Shown: piece by piece, positions 6,012 through 8,808 of the stretch | How positions within the stretch are numbered: the stretch's first letter is position 1 | Layout of the letters: every line of letters begins with the position of its first letter | Source of the DNA: a virus | Taxonomy: Duplodnaviria; Heunggongvirae; Uroviricota; Caudoviricetes | IMG/VR virus record: IMGVR_UViG_2706794492_000011 | Reading direction: 5' to 3' (one strand) | Length of the DNA: 8,808 bases | Translations under genes and position numbers: made by a program | Notes under the pieces: generated by a model | The model's database searches: none | The model's input: only the letters and a program-made list of their open reading frames with translations | What the model was told of the DNA's origin: nothing

Positions 6012-6180
6012 AAAGTGAATTTTGTGATGTGGTGAATGCGGCTGAGCGCACGCGGAACAGTTAAAACCAAAAACAGTGTTATGGGTGGATTCTCTGTATC
6101 CGGCGTTAATTGTTAACTGGTTAACGTCACCTGGAGGCACCAGGCACCGCATCACAAAATTCATTGTTGAGGACGCGATA

Positions 6181-6369
6181 ATGGAAACGTCACTACCAAA
6201 CGTTAATACGTCTGAAGGGTGTTTTAATATTGGTATTCTGCTCAGTAACCGGGAGTTTACTGAAGACGCCATCAGGATGAGAAAATATGAGCCTTATCTT
6301 CTCAATGATAATTCCATACTCTCCAGAATTGCCCTTCTTGAACTTGGCATTTTCGGAGGGCAGCAGTGA
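6181..6369 (+). CDS. dicB: DicB-like cell-division inhibitor (MinC-activating), 62 aa
   Basis: METSLPNVNTSEGCFNIGILLSNREFTEDAIRMRKYEPYLLNDNSILSRIALLELGIFGGQQ; N-terminal half closely matches recalled K-12 DicB (METLLPNVNTSEGCFEIG...FTEDAI...), C-terminal half diverges. GAGG 8 nt upstream of ATG 6181. Confidence 0.75.
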   Translation: METSLPNVNTSEGCFNIGILLSNREFTEDAIRMRKYEPYLLNDNSILSRIALLELGIFGGQQ

Positions 6370-6554
6370 GTTCAGCGTTTGCACTGATGATGACGGTTTT
6401 TCTTATAACAGGTGAGCCACAGAATGTGATTACCGGAATTTATGCCAGTAAAGAATCCTGCCATCAGGCAAGAGACGAGCAAAAAATTTCCGGTGAATGT
6501 CTCCCGTTAAACAAAGTATCGCTGTACCTGAATAACGAAATACCGGCTGGATAA
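6366..6554 (+). CDS. small protein with hydrophobic N-terminus, translationally coupled to dicB (positional equivalent of ydfD)
   Basis: GTG start at 6366 overlaps the dicB stop (GTGA); GGAGGG 5 nt upstream. Product (V/M)SSAFALMMTVFLITGEPQNVITGIYASKESCHQARDEQKISGECLPLNKVSLYLNNEIPAG. Family assignment uncertain. Confidence 0.5.
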   Translation: MSSAFALMMTVFLITGEPQNVITGIYASKESCHQARDEQKISGECLPLNKVSLYLNNEIPAG

Positions 6555-6646
6555 CCCGCCAGCCGTATTAACGCCATACCCGTTGATTAAGCATGCCAGC
6601 AATAGCAGGGATTCGTACAACCTTAAAATAGTTATGAGGTTTATCA

Positions 6647-8808
6647 ATGAGCACTGATAAAGAAGAAATTGCACTGTATTACGAAGCCAAAAATGACAAA
6701 GTCAGAAAACGCCTTGGGATTAAAGGCGGTTTTTACTGGCGCACAGCAAAAAAATTATCGGTTGCAATATCACGGGGTGTTGTCGCAATGGACGATGCTG
6801 GATTTGACGAAGAGGATTTCAAAAAACCTGTTCGCGTGAATTTGCCCATTGTTAATGACCTGCCGCCTGAAGGTGTGTTCGATACTGAATTCTGCAACCG
6901 CTATGAAAAAGGCGGAGAAGATGGCATCACAATGATATTTATAGCGCCTTCCCCCTCAGTTCAGGACAAACCAGCCAGCACTGACAATACCAACGTCAAT
7001 GGCGAAGACATGGCTGAGATTGAGGATAATATGCTCCTGCCGATTTCCGGTCAGGAACTGCCCATTCGCTGGCTTGCGCAACATGGCAGCGAAAAACCGG
7101 TAACGCACGTTTCACGGGAAGAACTTCAGGCATTACATATCGCACGAGCTGAAGAACTGCCTGCTGTTACTGCCCTGGCTATTTCCCACAACACAAAGCT
7201 GCTCGACCCGCTGGAGATTCGCGACCTTCACAAACTGGTACGCGACACAGACAAAGTTTTCCCTAATCCCGTTAATTCCAGTCTGGGGTTAATGACTGCT
7301 TTTTTCGAAGCATACCTGGACGCTGACTATACCGATCGAGGTCTGCTGACAAAAGAGTGGATGAAAGGAAATCGTGTTTTACGCATCAGCCGCACGCCAT
7401 CCGGCGCTAATGCTGGCGGAGGAATTCTTACCGATCGCGGTGAAGGTTTTGTCCACGATGATGCGTCAGTGGAACGTGACGTTGCCGCTGGCGTTCTGGC
7501 CCGTTCAATGGACATCGATATTTACAATCCACATCCGGCACACGCCAAACGCATTGAAGAAATCGTTTCAGAGAATAAGCCGCCCTTTTCTGTTTTTCGT
7601 GACAAATTCATCGCCATGCCTGGTCACCTGGATTATTCCCGCGCGATAGTGGTTGCGTCCGTGAAAGAAGCACCAATTGGTATCGAGGCTACTCCCCACC
7701 GTGTTACCGAATATCTGAACAAAGTACTGACCGAAACCGACCATGCCAACCCTGATCCAGAAATCGTGGATATTGCCTGCGGTCGCTCCTCTGCTCCAAT
7801 GCCGCAGCGTGTAACAAAAGAAGGAAAACAGGATGATGAAGAAAAACCGCAGCCATCTGGCGCAATGGCAGATGAACAGGCAACGACTGAAGCAGTGGAA
7901 CCGGATACAACTGAACATAATCAGGACACGCAGTCGATGGATGCTCAGCCACAGATAAATTCTGTTGATGCGAAATATCAGAAACTGCGGGCAGAACTCC
8001 ATGAAGCCCGGAAAAACATTCCGCCCCAAAATCCTGTCGATGCAGACAAATTACTGGCTGCCTCTCGCGGAGAATTTGTTGAAGGGATTAGCGACCCGAA
8101 TGATCCGAAATGGATTAAGGGGATCCAGACCCGCGATTCTGTGTACCAGAATCAGCCAGAAACGGAACAGAACGACCAGAAAGCGGAACAGAACAGCCCA
8201 AATACGCAACAAAACGAGCCAGAAACGAAACAACCTGAACCAGTAGTGCAACAGGAACCGGAAAAGATCTGCACCGCCTGCGGTCAGAGGAGTGGCGGCA
8301 ACTGCCCTGATTGTGGCGCGGTGATGGGCGACGCAACATACCAGGAAACATTCGATGACAAGAACCTGGTTGAAGTTCAGGAAGACGATTCGGAGAAAAT
8401 GGAAGGCGCTGAACATCAGCACAAGGAGAACACTGGCGGCAATCAGCATCATGCCAGCGATAGTGAAACTGGCGAGACGGCAGATCCCTTAATTACGGTG
8501 AACGGTCATCGCATTATCACATCCACCAGCAGGACGTGTGACCATCTAATGATCGACCTTGAAACCATGGGAAAAAATCCTGATGCCCCGATTATCTCAA
8601 TAGGTGCAATATTTTTCGATCCGCAAACCGGAGATATGGGACCGGAATTTAGTAAGACTATCGATCTGGAAACTGCTGGCGGAGTCATTGATCGGGACAC
8701 CATTAAATGGTGGCTTAAGCAATCACGCGAAGCGCAATCTGCCATTATGACCGATGAAATCCCGTTAGATGATGCACTGTTACAATTGCGGGAATTTATC
8801 GACGAAAA
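6647..8808 (+). CDS. recE: RecE-like exodeoxyribonuclease VIII (partial, 3' end beyond window): N-terminal/central RecE region, Q/E/P-rich linker, Cys4 zinc ribbon, then DEDD (DnaQ-like) exonuclease motif
   Basis: Open frame from ATG 6647 (GAGG 7 nt upstream) to the window end, about 720 codons, no stop; absent from the supplied track because it is edge-truncated. Long collinear similarity to recalled K-12 RecE ([40 protein letters not shown]...[19 protein letters not shown]...[21 protein letters not shown]...[26 protein letters not shown]). From about 8520 the sequence reads [26 protein letters not shown]..., a DnaQ-type Exo I (D-x-E) motif. Confidence 0.85.
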   Translation, partial: MSTDKEEIALYYEAKNDKVRKRLGIKGGFYWRTAKKLSVAISRGVVAMDDAGFDEEDFKKPVRVNLPIVNDLPPEGVFDTEFCNRYEKGGEDGITMIFIAPSPSVQDKPASTDNTNVNGEDMAEIEDNMLLPISGQELPIRWLAQHGSEKPVTHVSREELQALHIARAEELPAVTALAISHNTKLLDPLEIRDLHKLVRDTDKVFPNPVNSSLGLMTAFFEAYLDADYTDRGLLTKEWMKGNRVLRISRTPSGANAGGGILTDRGEGFVHDDASVERDVAAGVLARSMDIDIYNPHPAHAKRIEEIVSENKPPFSVFRDKFIAMPGHLDYSRAIVVASVKEAPIGIEATPHRVTEYLNKVLTETDHANPDPEIVDIACGRSSAPMPQRVTKEGKQDDEEKPQPSGAMADEQATTEAVEPDTTEHNQDTQSMDAQPQINSVDAKYQKLRAELHEARKNIPPQNPVDADKLLAASRGEFVEGISDPNDPKWIKGIQTRDSVYQNQPETEQNDQKAEQNSPNTQQNEPETKQPEPVVQQEPEKICTACGQRSGGNCPDCGAVMGDATYQETFDDKNLVEVQEDDSEKMEGAEHQHKENTGGNQHHASDSETGETADPLITVNGHRIITSTSRTCDHLMIDLETMGKNPDAPIISIGAIFFDPQTGDMGPEFSKTIDLETAGGVIDRDTIKWWLKQSREAQSAIMTDEIPLDDALLQLREFIDE

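Noticed and set aside
5982-6384. Minus-strand ORFs 5982-6272 and 6193-6384 and the 97-aa plus-strand extension 6076-6369
   Set aside because: The minus-strand ORFs are antisense to DicF and dicB. The plus-strand extension has no start codon with an RBS before ATG 6181, which matches the DicB N-terminus.
8149-8270. Imperfect tandem repeats considered as a CRISPR-like or VNTR array
   Set aside because: Repeats are short, imperfect, in-frame and encode a low-complexity linker within a continuous ORF; no repeat-spacer architecture.
6647-8808. Antisense or alternative-frame ORFs inside the recE-like gene (7327-7515 -, 7374-7649 +, 7568-8029 -, 7704-7952 -, 7965-8246 +, 8051-8452 -, 8115-8351 -, 8506-8745 -)
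   Set aside because: All are embedded in a 720-codon sense frame with strong family similarity. Several lie over the low-complexity Q/E-rich linker, whose reverse complement gives spurious Leu/Phe/Arg-rich frames.

Overview
This 8.8-kb window reads as the immunity/early region of a lambdoid (Rac/Qin-type) enterobacterial prophage. A divergent switch at about 4880-4981 separates two arms. Leftward (minus strand) is one tightly packed early operon: Cro-like YdaS, YdaT, a lambda-O-like replication initiator with origin-like iterons inside it, a DnaC-type helicase loader, then five small uncharacterised genes ending in a DUF551-type gene that is broken by a 149-nt run of N (265-413) and runs off the window start. 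Rightward (plus strand) are a DicA-like repressor, an intrinsic terminator, a second promoter/operator, a DUF1391 (YdfA/YdaF-like) gene, about 260 nt of structured non-coding sequence, the DicF sRNA, a dicB-like division inhibitor, a small coupled ORF, and a recE-like (exonuclease VIII) gene that runs off the 3' end. The supplied ORF track omits edge-truncated ORFs, so the recE-like gene (6647 to 8808) and the DUF551 C-terminus (264 to 1) were read by hand. The most notable observations are: (1) a RecE-like N-terminal and linker region that continues in frame into a DEDD (DnaQ-like) 3'-5' exonuclease motif where the canonical RecE nuclease domain would begin; (2) two near-identical promoter-operator modules in inverted orientation flanking the repressor gene; (3) an apparently leaderless repressor transcript; (4) iterons plus an AT-rich tract inside the initiator gene. 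No CRISPR array, tRNA, rRNA or IS element was seen. All homology statements rest on reading the translations and on recalled family signatures; no database search was run.
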